Positions 1 through 11,940 are shown, numbered from the stretch's first letter. The stretch: 64,000 nucleotides of DNA from Nitrosopumilus sp. (GCA_965218695.1 OZ244651.1:480001-544000), one strand, 5' to 3'. Notes: generated by a model not told the origin, from the letters alone. A program made the numbers and translations.

Positions 1-969
1 GGAACCTTCGAGTTCCTGCGGCGGTGCACCTCGTAGATTACGGCGTACCTTGTTACCACCGCCCACAGCCAGTAGTTCGTGCCGTCGACGCGCCAGACGG
101 ACTCGTCCCCGTTTATCGCAGGCGAGTTTCTTACCTCCTCCTTGATCTTCTCGTACAGCGGCCCGAGCTCCCGGGCCATCCTGCACACCATACGGTTTAT
201 CGCAGATTCCGTGATTCTTGCCGAGTACATCATCATGACAATATTGCATATTCTGAGGTCTGACATGCCGTGCAGCCTGAGGATGACCATCATTATCATA
301 AAGTTGATCCCGTACCTGGAGTTTGGCAGTGCCAGCGGAGTCCTGCCGGACACGGTCTTCTTGCAGTTCCTGCAACGTCTTCTCTTTACTGTCACCTTGA
401 TGTGCTTTAGTTCCGTCTTGGCAGCCTCCCTTACCACCTTTGTGTACGTGGATACGCACTCGGAGAGGTCGGAGCTGCCGCAGTTGTCGCACGTGTGGGG
501 ATCTGCCGTCTCCTCTGCGTCTATTCTTTCAGGACGCGCAAGGCCCGTGCGCCTGTGGACGCTTGGCTTGCCCTTGGCCTTTGTGCGGCGTCTGGCACTG
601 CCCGTCTTTTTGTCAGGTTTTGCGCCGATGCTCCTTGCAACGGCAGCCGATATGGTGCCCCTTGCTTCCTGCAACTCTGCCGTGAGGTCCTGGATCTGCC
701 TGAGGGCGGCAGCGTAAAGATCAGTGAGTTTGGCTATCTGCTGGTCCTTTTTGGCCAGCTGCCCTGCCATCATCTCCACTTTTTCCTCCAGTTCTGCAAT
801 CCTTGACTCGGAATTATCATCAGACATAATGCAAACCGTGGGAACTGATGATCTAAAAATTGGAATGGAGAGAAAAACTCGATCAAGTGATTAAAAATAG
901 TTTCAAAAAAACTACACAGACGTTTGTAGGCATGGAATTCAACATTTGATCAAAAAACTACACAGTTAC
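1..969 (-). mobile_element. IS66-family element (single-ORF type), partial at window start; transposase begins at 827 on - strand
   Basis: Highly similar to the complete copy at 42223-43887; terminal IR GTAACTGTGTAGTTTTTTGATCAAATG (reverse complement ends at 969); GTAA end typical of IS66; CxxC motifs and ADE-like (GDE) motif in the translation. Confidence 0.9.
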
Positions 970-3900
970 GAAAAAACTAGTTTAACACTGATGACGATAA
1001 TGGTGGCAGGCGGACTCACGTTTGCCATACCCGGCATGGAGCCGGCACAGGCAGCCCAGATAAACAGCAACCCGAACCTTCTGGTTTCAGCAGAGGGACA
1101 AAACGCAGGCAACGAGATTGCAGAAACCAACATAGTGGAGGTCATCGTAAATGACGAGGATATCAACGAGCTTGGTAATGCCGAACCACGTGTAACTGTG
1201 GGCGGTGATAAACTTACAATGTATCAGGCTGGTTCTGGTGCATGGTATGGATACTTTGCAGACGAGGACTTTGAAACCATTTTCGATCTTGCGTGTACTG
1301 CTGCTGCTCCACCTCTTGGTGCCCTCTGTGCTCCGGACGTTACCGGAAACTATCTCAGAGACACACCAGCTAGAGGATCAACTGATACTCTAGGCGGTAC
1401 GGAGGCAAATGTCTATCTCTTTGAACTCAGTGGCGAATTTGACATCGTCTACGAGAAGGCAGGAGGCGACCAGACCGTGACTCTGGATATTGATAATCCT
1501 GCATCTGGACTCAGTCTGGACAGGAACAACTACCCGCAGAATACCGGCGTGGTGGCTACCATCGAAGACCAGGCACTGAATGTGGATCCTACTGGTAAGG
1601 ATACATGGACATTTGGCACTGACGGGAACTCGCAGTTCTACGGGACTGCTACTGGCCTTGCAGGGCTTGTAACCGCTGCTCAAACCAGAAATACTGACAT
1701 CGATAACGCTAATACTGCATATGAAACGGCTATTGCTAATGTTCAATTCGATCGCGCAGAAGCAAAGCGAATACTGGACAACGCAATTGATCTTGCAGAC
1801 GAGGTTATTACTAACCCAATTGCAGCCACAACCGACAAAATAAGGCTTATTGCAGAATATGGGCAAGGCGATAGAGACACCGCCTCTGGCGTTGATGCCA
1901 TTGACGATGCCGCTCTAGCCAGTGTTACCGTTACCAGAAACGATGTTACCACTGCCACTCTCCCAGACTTTATTGCACCCGCGAACCTTGCTGACTTTGA
2001 TGAAGACTCCAAGGGTCTCAGACAATTGCTCTTCGAAAGCCTATATGGTACAGGAGACAGAGATTCCAATGATGCAGAAAGCGATGACTACAAGGGCAGT
2101 CTACTGGTAGACTACGAAGCAGTCGCTGGTACAGGAGACAGAGATTCCAATGATGCAGAAAGCGATGACTACAAGGGTACCGCACTGATAGCCTTAGAAA
2201 GGGTAGTTGGAAACGGAGACAGAGATGTTACTCCCGCCACTGAGCAGGAGATAACAAACATAACTGAGGGTACTGACCCAGTACCTGATGACTACAGGGG
2301 CTCAGCACAGATAGCCTATGATACTGCTCTTGACACCGCTGATATCGCCGGAACCGCCGTTACTACGGCTCTTGAGGCGTTTGACATTAGCGACCCAAGG
2401 AGCCTGCTCACGTGTGAGGGTGACACCTGTACTCAAGTCGGCAGTACCTTTTGGGTAACATTCACAGAAGACGGAGACAACGACTCCATATTCACTAACG
2501 CGCCAGACGACGAACCAAACATAAAGACTACATCCGATGCGAGACGGGGACTGTCATTTTCAATCGAATATGACAACTCCGTGACATCCGGCATAGAGTA
2601 CGCCACGACCAACATCGTAATAGATGCAGGAGACGAGTGGAACTCTGGCGAGGAGATCGCAATCACGCTGACAGACAGTGACGCCAACACCAACTCACTA
2701 TCAGAAGAAACCCTCGCAGTTGCAGATACAGACAGGGTCATTCCAACCATCAGGATTGGCGACCCGTTCACCTTGGCAGGGACAGTTTCAGTAGAACTGG
2801 AAACGGCTGACGGTGCTGATACGGACGAGCTACGTGATGTCAGGACTTACAGAGAACCCACAGTCACAGATGTCAGCGACATACTTGTGCTCAGTCTTCC
2901 CAGAAGTAGCTCAGGGTAGCACCGGCGGCGGGGGCTCCGGCGGCTCTTTGTAGCCAAATACGATCAGCAACAGCAGCATGTCCCTGAGATCCTGTTGGGT
3001 GATCGGGGGATCCGTGGGATAAATCCCGGTAACGTGCATCAGCGTTGCGTTTGCCATTACCCAAGCGTTAAAGACGGCTACAGAGTACACAAAGCACAAA
3101 AGTCGCGCCATCGGGTTCTTGCTGTGCGTCTTGGCCCTTGTGTTTTCTATCATCCGGTATCCAGTCTCTATGCCCCACCTGTTCCCGTACGAGTCCGGAT
3201 CCACGTCGGGGACGTTGGTGGCAAACCCGATGTATTTCTCGTGCGGCAGCAGCTCGTCGTCGTCCTTTCTTTTCTTCCTCTTCTTCCTTTCTGTGATGGT
3301 CATCGTATACGACACCTCCCTGCCATCTCCCCCGACGATGACGGATTTGGAGACGCGGCCGCGCCTGCCTGTAGCAAACTCTGCGATGGCATCCACCACA
3401 GTATCCGTATTCTTGCATGGTATCAGATATTTGATGCCCATGTCCCCAAGCGTCCCCATTACGTCTGCCGTAAAGAACCCCCTGTCCAGCATCGCCATTC
3501 CGATGCAGGCCCCCACGTCCCGTGCAGAGCCGATGATTTTACGCACGAAATCGGCAGTATCCTCAAGTGACGGCATGTTCAGGACGCCTAACACGAGGCG
3601 AAGGTTCTGAACCGTGGACTGTATCGTGATGTACCTCTCAAAGACGTGTGTCCCGTCCTTGGCCTTTGAGCGCACCAGTTCTGCCCCGTAGCTCTTGTCG
3701 TATCTGGGTATCAGGTGCATGTCGATTGCCAAGTCAATCTCCTGGTCTTTCTTGAGCAGTCTCATCTTGCGCATCTGGTCAAGCTGCAGGACGACTGTCT
3801 TGGCAAAGCATTTGTAGACGTCGCTGCCACGCGTCCGGGATGCCGCATCGCGCATCCACTCATCACTTGGGCGTGAGTCCCCGTCTGCACCGCCGATTCT

Positions 3901-6900
3901 CTTGGAGGACCTGGTGCATCCGGCCACCTGCCTGCCGTGCGCACATGCGCCTGCCATGCTTCTGTGAAAATCCTCGGTGCCGTAGATGGCATTGTGCCTG
4001 TGTGAGACCATGATGCACGGGGACATGCCTGCCCCTACCGTGTCCAGAACATCTTGATATATGCGTGGGTTGTTAAGCAAGTCGCGTCTCAGTTGGTTCA
4101 TTGGTAGTTCGATGACCTTCTGAGATTGCCCTAATTGATCTGTTTTGATTTTGGGCTGTTTTCAGGTACTTCTGGGAAGACTGGTGCTGGACGCTGGTAC
4201 ATATACGGGTAACTCCACACTAACCATTAACTTGGGTGAGTGGGCGGACGTCAACAACCATCTTCCACAAAACGAGAAATCCTTCAAAGGCACGCACATG
4301 CTAAACTATGATATCAGCGATCTTCCAGACGCAGGCACCGTCACCCTTAACATCGGGGATGATGACTACGATCTTGTGAACGTTGGCGACGACGGTGATG
4401 CTGGAACCAAGGTTCTTACTACACCCGCCTTCTCTCCTGGAGATCCTAATACGGATCCACAAAACTTTGGAGCCCTGTATGACGACGAGACTGGTGACAT
4501 AATCGACTCTAGTGAACAAACATCACTGGTAATCGAATTGTGGCCTCCTAATGCTGATGGTACAGTTACTGCTAACGCCGAGGCGACAGGTTCCCTATCT
4601 GACGCTGCAATCATAATCGACGTCTTCTCATTCGGCCTAGATGGCGGAAGTGAGACTGAAACAGATGATGGTGAAATTGAGACTGAATTCGGAAACGACA
4701 ATGTCAACAACGCTATCTACAGGCTTGAACTCGAAGAGGACGGCGACAGCAGCAGTGACTTTGTAGGCACTCTGGAGTACGTCGGACTCAACCAGATCAA
4801 CATACTGAAGCTAGGGACATACACCGGCATCGAGACAATCAGCGACGCAATCATACTGATATCTGACGACAGCTCCATCTCAGTCGAGTATCTCGACTTG
4901 GACTCCACCGGCGGCGAGACTCTGTTCACGGCCGAGGCAGACACCCCGACACACTCGGGCTCAGTGGCCCTCGACTCTGACGGATACAAGGTTACAGACA
5001 CTGTCACAGTAACAGTGGAAGATGCAGACCTGAACGTTGACAGCGGAAAGGCCGACATCTACACGACTTACGGCGACATGATCAGCGACGCGGATGCCGT
5101 TATGGAACTGCTCACCGTGTCAATTGACGGCCAAGATTGGAATGCAGGATGTGGCCTTGGTGGACTTGACGCCAGCCAGTTCACGCTCCGGGAGACCGGA
5201 AGTGACAGCGGCGTGTTTACCGGCACATTCGCGATTCCGGAAAACCACTGTCCCAGCGGAGAATCTAACGGAGAAGCAGCCACAGTCACCGGCACAGACG
5301 TCTCAGTCGAATATGTCGACTTTAGGGACGACTCTGGTGCGATCATATCTGTGAGCGCTTCTGCGGGCATACGATCCAGCACCGGATCCGTGAGCCTTGA
5401 CAGGACCGTCTACCCGGTACCGTTCAGCGCAACCTCCTTTGAGACTGCAGCAGGCGGTGACCTAGACCAGGGCGACCTGACCATCTATGTCAGCATCAAC
5501 GATTCTGACTATGACACGTCATCCAACGGAATAGACAACATTGACGACACATCCCTGGCGATAAGCGTGCTCCGAAGCGGTGTTGAGGACAAGGTATTTG
5601 ACACTGTCGGAAACGCAGCCAACCCAATCTCTGAGACTGCGCCTGATTCTGGCGTATTCGAGCACGAGATGACCATTTCATACGCCGATGGCCCAGATGG
5701 CAGCATCCAGCAGGGAGACATTCTCCATGTGCAATACACTGACCCATCTGACGCATCAGGCAGCGCAAACACGGTAACCGACTCTGCAACGTTTGACTTG
5801 CGAAACGGCGTACTCCAGTCCGACCAGACTGCGTACATCATCGGAAGCGACGCGATACTGACACTCATCGAACCCGACTTGAACCTTGACAGCGGCTCCA
5901 CAGAGACATACGACCTTGACCTGATCGAATGGGACTCTGATGCGGGCACAGAAACGCTCAATTATGGAGGCTTTGACGCAACACCGTCCAACCTCTTGGA
6001 GACTGGCCCCAACACTGGAATCTTCCAGGTTGTGATCAGCATTCCAAACGAGATAGACGATGACCGCCTCGAAAGAGGTGAGGAGATCACACTGGAGTAT
6101 ACAGACTGGGGACCATCCGGCGCTGACTATGTCGGCGACAAGGACGAGTCCATAACCGCGACCATCTACACGTCTAACTTTGGCGCAACCATCGAGCTGG
6201 ACCAGCGCGTCTACACGTGGACTGACAAGGTCTACGTAACAGTAGTCGCACCTGACCACAACATCGATAGCGACCAGGTAGACGAGATAGGAGGCGACAG
6301 CAACGACGACTACCCGGTCAGGATATCCACCCGTGGAAACGAGCTTGACAACTACAAGCTTGTCGAGACTGGTGCCGACACCGGCATCTTCACAGGCGAG
6401 GTAATCCTGACAGGATTCTCCTCCCATGACGCAGACGGCGACGGAAACGACGGCGATGCGACAGGAAGGACGGGCGGCGCAGGACCGACAGACGGCGAGA
6501 TAGAAACCGACAGTGAAAGCGGAATATCCGTATCATTCAAGTTCTCTGACGGCGAGACAGTAAGCAACTCTGCCCTAATCAGGTGGAACGTAGGAGAGGT
6601 CCAGTGGCTCGAGGCAAGTTATCCTGCCAGCGGATCAGGAATAGTGAGGATCATCGATCCTGACATGAACCTGAACCCAGAGGCAGTCGACAACTTTGAC
6701 GTGACCGTCTGGTCCGACTCTGACGGAGGCGGAATCGACCTCACCGTGACTGAGACCAATGCTGCAACCGGCATCTTTGAAGGCACCGTCTTCTTTGGTG
6801 TTGGAGTTGACACCAGCGGCCACAGGCTCAGGGTAGTAGAGGGCGACACAGTCACCGCGCAGTACTACGACAACACGCTGCCGGCACCGTTCAAGGAGAC

Positions 6901-7297
6901 AGAAAGGCTCCGAGTAGGCGCCACCACTCTGATCGGTACCATCGTACCACCACTGGAGAGGGCACCAATCTCTGACCTGCGCGCAGTCGATTCATTTGGC
7001 AACACCTTGGACACCGTATCCGTTGACACCCAGATTCAGCTAGAGTCTGACGTAACCAACGGACAGGACAAGGCACAGGAGTTTGCCTACCTCATACAGG
7101 TACAGGATGAAAACGGCGTCACGGTCTCACTTGACTGGATCAAGGGTTCGCTGACAGCAGAACAGTCACTCAGTCCGGCAGTCTCTTGGACTCCAGACGA
7201 GGCAGGCACGTACGACGTGACTGCGTTCGTGTGGGAATCCATCGACAACCCGACTGCACTCTCACCAACCGCAACGATAGCAATAACTGTAAACTAG
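970..7297 (+). pseudogene. S-layer protein paralog 1 (Nitrosopumilus-type), 5' end cut by IS66 and body split by ISH3
   Basis: TSLTLMTIMVAGGLTFAIPG signal sequence; repeated Ig-like LxETGxxTGxF motifs; C-terminal AFVWESIDNPTALS. Removing 2892-4188 (IS plus one TSD) restores the frame DILVLDAGTYTG. The native MNNE start is missing; the TTG start at 946 lies inside the IS66 end. Confidence 0.9.
2892..4183 (-). mobile_element. ISH3-family (IS4-like) element, transposase 2911-4101
   Basis: 17-bp IR CAGTCTTCCCAGAAGTA; 5-bp TSD GTGCT (2887-2891 and 4184-4188); AIDMH, LDRGF and YxxRWGIETGY DDE motifs. Confidence 0.95.
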
Positions 7298-7299
7298 AA

Positions 7300-7327
7300 C
7301 ACACACCCCTTTTCTTTTTTTTATTTT
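7300..7327 (+). terminator. Archaeal oligo-T terminator after S-layer paralog 1
   Basis: CCCCTTTTCTTTTTTTTATTTT directly after the stop; a near-identical tract follows paralog 2. Confidence 0.7.
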
Positions 7328-7420
7328 GAATATGGCCTAACGTGGGTTATGTGCTGACTGCTACCGTCCTCTCCTTATACCTAAGATTGCGGGACAGCCA
7401 AGACGGTTTACGGATTCTGG

Positions 7421-8089
7421 TTATGCCATAAAACTCACAATATGGCCGTGCGCGAGCAGCAGCATGAAAGCCGCAGCAGCCGTAAACAGCAAGAGCGGAC
7501 ACGCGCATTCCACGTATCTTGTAGTGCCTGTTCTGGCAAACTCTTGATCAGGCGGCTTCATTCCAAATTTCAGCCTGCGCCTGCCTACAACCGTCTCCTC
7601 TGCAAGAAACGTATTCCTTTCAAACCCCCTCTGCCTGTGCACAAGGAAGAAGGCCGCACACTTGCGCATCCTGCCATCTGATACTTCCAGAAACACGCCG
7701 CCATTCCTCATTACATCCGAGACGTTCAGTGACACGTTCCACGCTACTGCAGACACCAGCGACAGCACCCACCCTCCCATGAACGCCGGCAGCACGGTGG
7801 GCACGATGCCGTCATAAACCGGACATATGACCAAACCTGCAAACACGGCAAACAGGTCTCCGGTGCCAAACAACCTCATCCCCCACAACAGGGATGCTGC
7901 CGATGCGGATCCTGCCATCAAACACAGCACCAACAAGGTCACGTCCTGCCAGTCAAAGACATACAGTATTGCGCCAAGACCGCCAAACATCACAAACACC
8001 ACGTCGCTTGCCTCGCGAGTCCGAAGGTCAAGCCAGGCAAGGGTGGCAAACATTGCAAGGAACAGCGCGATGCGGACCTCCTCGATCAT
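7421..8089 (-). CDS. A24-family prepilin/preflagellin peptidase (FlaK/PibD-like)
   Basis: Multi-TM protein with aspartate motifs WLDLRTRE and FGTGD, C-terminal CPLLLF; start taken at MIEEV (8089) with a TTAAAA TATA-like box about 25 nt upstream. Confidence 0.8.
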   Translation of the reverse strand: MIEEVRIALFLAMFATLAWLDLRTREASDVVFVMFGGLGAILYVFDWQDVTLLVLCLMAGSASAASLLWGMRLFGTGDLFAVFAGLVICPVYDGIVPTVLPAFMGGWVLSLVSAVAWNVSLNVSDVMRNGGVFLEVSDGRMRKCAAFFLVHRQRGFERNTFLAEETVVGRRRLKFGMKPPDQEFARTGTTRYVECACPLLLFTAAAAFMLLLAHGHIVSFMA

Positions 8090-8120
8090 CAAACGGTGTG
8101 TACCACGTGTTTTTAAGCCG

Positions 8121-8645
8121 TCACAGCAGCTGCGCGCGCACATAATTCCGCATTGCGTACACGTCGTAGTGGTACTCTCTGAGGCGGCCTGCCCCGCCCT
8201 CTGTGAGGGCGTACAGCCTTGGTGCCATCCTTTTGATGATCCCGCGTCTCTTGAGTCTCCATATCTTGTTCTGCACGGTCTTGACATCCAGCAGCCCCGT
8301 CAGCCTCTCTGCCATCGGCTGAAACGCGTACGGAAATGACGAGTCCCGCTGCCGCTGCCGCCTTCGCAGGTCGTACTCCACGTACATGTCAGATGCGATA
8401 AACATCTCCACCGGGCAGAGTTTCATCTTGCGCGCTATTGCCTGCCACCTGCCGACATCCGTAAGCACCAGGGATCCATCCGACTGCTTTATTATCCCGC
8501 GAGCCTGCAGCCTGAACTTCATTTGGGGCGTTATGCCGCCGGCATCCCCGTCATCTAGCATCCTGATCAGTGCCCTGCCCGTGGTGGCGCGGATAGCCAC
8601 GAGTCCAAGACGTCTTTTGGCCCTCTCTTGTGCGTGATTGCGCAT
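8121..8645 (-). CDS. Winged-helix DNA-binding protein
   Basis: Two wHTH-like segments (LQARGII...LTDVG; TVQNKIWRLKRRGIIK...YALTEGG). Confidence 0.6.
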   Translation of the reverse strand: MRNHAQERAKRRLGLVAIRATTGRALIRMLDDGDAGGITPQMKFRLQARGIIKQSDGSLVLTDVGRWQAIARKMKLCPVEMFIASDMYVEYDLRRRQRQRDSSFPYAFQPMAERLTGLLDVKTVQNKIWRLKRRGIIKRMAPRLYALTEGGAGRLREYHYDVYAMRNYVRAQLL

Positions 8646-8678
8646 AGACTGGCTGCACCCCGGAGGTTATTGGACGGT

Positions 8679-9749
8679 TCAGAGAAGCGAGAATTTGGTT
8701 CCGTCCCCGTCAATCGTCCTGACAAACCTGACAAGCGTTTTGGCATCGTTAAAGTCACGGGCATGCAGCGGCCGGTCCCCCAGTTCCAGATGCGCCTCGG
8801 ATCCCAACGGGACAAGGTATGCCGGCTTGGCAGTGTTTTCATGCAGCTTGAACGCCCTTCCGGCATCGGCCATGCTTACCTCCCTTACGGTATTGTCCTT
8901 TTTGTTGACGATAAATTTGGGTTCGCCGTCATCATCGGTGACTATCATGCAGTCCTTGGCGGTGCGCGAAAGATCTTCCAAAGCGTCGTGCTTCACCTGC
9001 CCCAGAATGCCTGGCTTTGCAGGCCTTGACCCCCCGGACCTTGTAATGCCCACAATCACGGGTTCGGCCTGCACTTCCGGTTTCGGAGTGTTCCGTATCA
9101 AGTAAACGATGGCGTCCGGAGCCGGCCACGCAAAATTCATCTCCGATTCTGGAATGGTGATCTCGGTTATCCTCTCGGCCATGTCCGTCTGCGCCACGGG
9201 ATCCAGGCGGGCTATCCTGAGCAGAATGTGCGTCGGCACCACCAAGAGTTCCGCCCTGAGCTTGCCGGAGAGTTTGGTTTCAATGAACTCTGCAAACACG
9301 CCAAGCGCCTCATCGGTGATATCGCACTTTACGACCTTCTCCAGGGACGTGCCCTGCAGGTTGATCCCCTGTATGGCCTCATCGGCTGACATCCCAAGCG
9401 CCCCAAGCTCGTCGATTATCCCCCTGATGCGGAGCGGATCTATGTGCTCCCCTGCAGAAACCCCCTTAATCTGGTCAATCATGAGGTCCAGTTTGGACTC
9501 ATACCTTCTGGCATCCATCCTGATCTCATGCACCGAGGCGAGATTGCACGCCTCCAGTATGTCCAGTCCGCCCATCGGATAACACCTGCCGTCAACCACT
9601 CCGACGCGCACCGGGGGCAGGTTTGCCGGATCCGAGCGCGCCGCCTTTTCCAGCCTTAAGACGTCGTGCCTGCTGCCGGCGGTGCATCGCACCAGCGGCT
9701 CTTCCAGTTCGTCGATTCCCATCGTCTGCATGTCTGCGTTTTGGCTCAT
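8679..9749 (-). CDS. Protein with ParB/Srx-like N-terminal domain
   Basis: LPPVRVGVVDGRCYPMGG..LEA resembles the ParB-like PIxV...Y.xxDG motif (degenerate); the start at 9749 overlaps the upstream stop (ATGA). Confidence 0.5.
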   Translation of the reverse strand: MSQNADMQTMGIDELEEPLVRCTAGSRHDVLRLEKAARSDPANLPPVRVGVVDGRCYPMGGLDILEACNLASVHEIRMDARRYESKLDLMIDQIKGVSAGEHIDPLRIRGIIDELGALGMSADEAIQGINLQGTSLEKVVKCDITDEALGVFAEFIETKLSGKLRAELLVVPTHILLRIARLDPVAQTDMAERITEITIPESEMNFAWPAPDAIVYLIRNTPKPEVQAEPVIVGITRSGGSRPAKPGILGQVKHDALEDLSRTAKDCMIVTDDDGEPKFIVNKKDNTVREVSMADAGRAFKLHENTAKPAYLVPLGSEAHLELGDRPLHARDFNDAKTLVRFVRTIDGDGTKFSLL

Positions 9750-10465
9750 CTCAGCTGCGCCCTCATCGCAGCCATCTTTACTGCCTCCTTGGCCCTCGTC
9801 TCGGCATTGCCCCTGGTCTTGCAGTTGAATATCTGCGTGGCCCTCTTGCACAGATAATCAAAGGATGCCTCCGGGTTTTCAGCGCAGACCTTCTGGATGT
9901 GCCTGCGCAGATAGAACAGTGGCGGGTTGGCCTCGGTGGTTGTAGGCATGCTCATTCCGGCGCGCTTGGCGTACCACGCGTCTCCTGTAATGTCACAAAT
10001 CTTGTTTACCTTGAAAAACACGCTTAGCATGGTCGGGGCGTTCCTGACGCCAAATGCCAGGCAGACTGCATCCATCGCATCCTTTTCATGGAATGGGACG
10101 CTTTCACTGCGGCAGGTGTAATATATCGCAAAGCACGCAGCCGCTGCCTTTGAGAGTTTCATGCTTAGCACGTTTCTGTAAATTCGCAGCACGTCGTGCT
10201 GCAGCGCGCCGTTGATTGCAAGCTTGCCGCAGATGTCAGATATTGCCCCCTTGTCGCTGCTGTGCAGGTGAAGTTTTTTTGTGCGGCCAGGAAGCCTGAC
10301 GGTACGGCCGCCGTTTTCGGTCCGGATGTACAGATTCGTCCTGCTGGCCCCTGCCTTTTCCCTGTATTGTTCGTATCCAAGCACCACGCCGCACCCGCGG
10401 CAGACTGCCTCGCTTTCGACAGTCACCGGCTTGGTGTTCCCGCAGATGCATCGTGCTGCTTTCAT
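9746..10465 (-). CDS. Short TFB/TFIIB-like protein (Zn ribbon plus one clear cyclin repeat)
   Basis: CICG...EAVCRGCGVVL Zn ribbon; ISDICGKL...AAACFAIYYTCRSESVP cyclin-fold repeat; only 239 aa. Confidence 0.75.
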   Translation of the reverse strand: MKAARCICGNTKPVTVESEAVCRGCGVVLGYEQYREKAGASRTNLYIRTENGGRTVRLPGRTKKLHLHSSDKGAISDICGKLAINGALQHDVLRIYRNVLSMKLSKAAAACFAIYYTCRSESVPFHEKDAMDAVCLAFGVRNAPTMLSVFFKVNKICDITGDAWYAKRAGMSMPTTTEANPPLFYLRRHIQKVCAENPEASFDYLCKRATQIFNCKTRGNAETRAKEAVKMAAMRAQLR

Positions 10466-10537
10466 ACAAGCACGAGCGAAAGTTCGTATTTATGCAGCAG
10501 TAATTGACTTTATAATAAATTCAAACCACCCGGAGGT

Positions 10538-11734
10538 GTGAAGCTCTCGCTAGAAGACGTCAAGCCAGTAATGGAATCCGATCCGCTGGTGCTGTTCCAC
10601 CAGGGGAACAGGTCGCCTGAGACCGACAGGATGTACACGCACATGCTCAAGCGCGTGCTGTGCGGCATCTGCGAGGACATGCTGGACGGGACGTTCGAGG
10701 AGAGGGCAAGCGAGTTCGTCTGGCGCAGCAGGGAGAATCCCACGTGGTGCCGCGACATGATGCTCGGCATATCGCGCCTCATGCGCGAGCGCACCGAGCT
10801 TCCCGCAGGCGACCCGGACCGCATGAGCCCTTCTACGATCCCCACGTATTTTGCGCCGGTCAAAAAACTGCTTGAAATGAACGACGTCAGCATACCGTGG
10901 AAGCGCGTACACATGACGTTTCCGGAAAGGAAAGCGCAATCGGACGCGCGCGGCTGGACGCGCGAGGAGATATCGCGCCTGTTGGTCATCGCCGAAAACG
11001 CAAAGTACCGCGCCGTCATACTGCTGCTGGCAAGCTCCGGCATGCGCAAGGGCGGGTTGAGACTTCTCTGGAAGGATTTCACGCCGATATGCCGCGACGG
11101 CGACGCGCTGTCCGAGTCGGGGAGCGGCAGCCCGGTCTGCGTGGCCGTGCGCGTGTACCGAGGGAGCGCCGAGGAATACACCACGTTTGTCACGCCGGAG
11201 GCGTGGGAAGCGATGCAGGAGTGGCGCACGGTGTGGGCATCAGAGGTCGGGCGCCCGCCAAACCCCGACGATCCGGTATTCAAGCGCGAAGGCATGTTTC
11301 CCATGATGGTGGGACATGGCGCGATAAATTCAGGTATCGAAAGGATAATAGGCAAATCCGGGCTGCGCGATGGCCACGACACGGACGGCAAGCGCTACTG
11401 CGTGCCGGCCATACACGGGTTCCGGAGGTTTTGGAACAAGACAGTCAAGGACGCGATGTCCGACGACTCGCCCGTGTCATCGCTGACCAAGAAGGAATAC
11501 ATGATGGGCCACACCGGCATGGCCCCGATGGACCGCAACTACTACCACACCAACACCCTGGAGCTTGCAAAAGAGTACCTCAACGCCGTTCCCGGCCTGA
11601 CGATCAACGGAGAACGGCGGCAACAGCATGAGAGCATGCCCATGGGTGAAAGAAAAGACTATGAAGCCAAGATAGACAGAATGGAGCAAATGATACTCAA
11701 ATTGTCGGCGCGCATGAACGCCTTAAATGCATAA
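10538..11734 (+). CDS. Tyrosine recombinase/integrase (thaumarchaeal type)
   Basis: LLLASSGMR (catalytic R), HGFRRF (HxxR), EYMMGH...YY (H, Y). Confidence 0.92.
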   Translation: MKLSLEDVKPVMESDPLVLFHQGNRSPETDRMYTHMLKRVLCGICEDMLDGTFEERASEFVWRSRENPTWCRDMMLGISRLMRERTELPAGDPDRMSPSTIPTYFAPVKKLLEMNDVSIPWKRVHMTFPERKAQSDARGWTREEISRLLVIAENAKYRAVILLLASSGMRKGGLRLLWKDFTPICRDGDALSESGSGSPVCVAVRVYRGSAEEYTTFVTPEAWEAMQEWRTVWASEVGRPPNPDDPVFKREGMFPMMVGHGAINSGIERIIGKSGLRDGHDTDGKRYCVPAIHGFRRFWNKTVKDAMSDDSPVSSLTKKEYMMGHTGMAPMDRNYYHTNTLELAKEYLNAVPGLTINGERRQQHESMPMGERKDYEAKIDRMEQMILKLSARMNALNA

Positions 11735-11749
11735 TGATCCCCCTATTGT

Positions 11750-11863
11750 ATGGACGACACGTGCGACATGTGCGAAAGAAAATTCAACGATCACAGCAAC
11801 AAGGAGTTGGCCGCGTGCGGGTTCGCGCTGGTAAACGAGATAAGGACCACGAGGGGCGCATAA
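11750..11863 (+). CDS. 37-aa CxxC/H/C microprotein
   Basis: MDDTCDMCERKFNDHSNKELAACGFALVNEIRTTRGA, read by hand; below the ORF-track cutoff. Confidence 0.5.
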   Translation: MDDTCDMCERKFNDHSNKELAACGFALVNEIRTTRGA

Positions 11864-11940
11864 TCGCCGATCTGCCGCGCCAGAATAAGCGGATCACGGC
11901 AATCCAGGATGGAGAAACGAACCGCGCGTTGCTGCCCATA

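Noticed and set aside
24-806. + strand ORFs of 79-212 aa (also 42462-43715)
   Set aside because: Antisense shadows of the IS66 transposase, reproduced in both copies.
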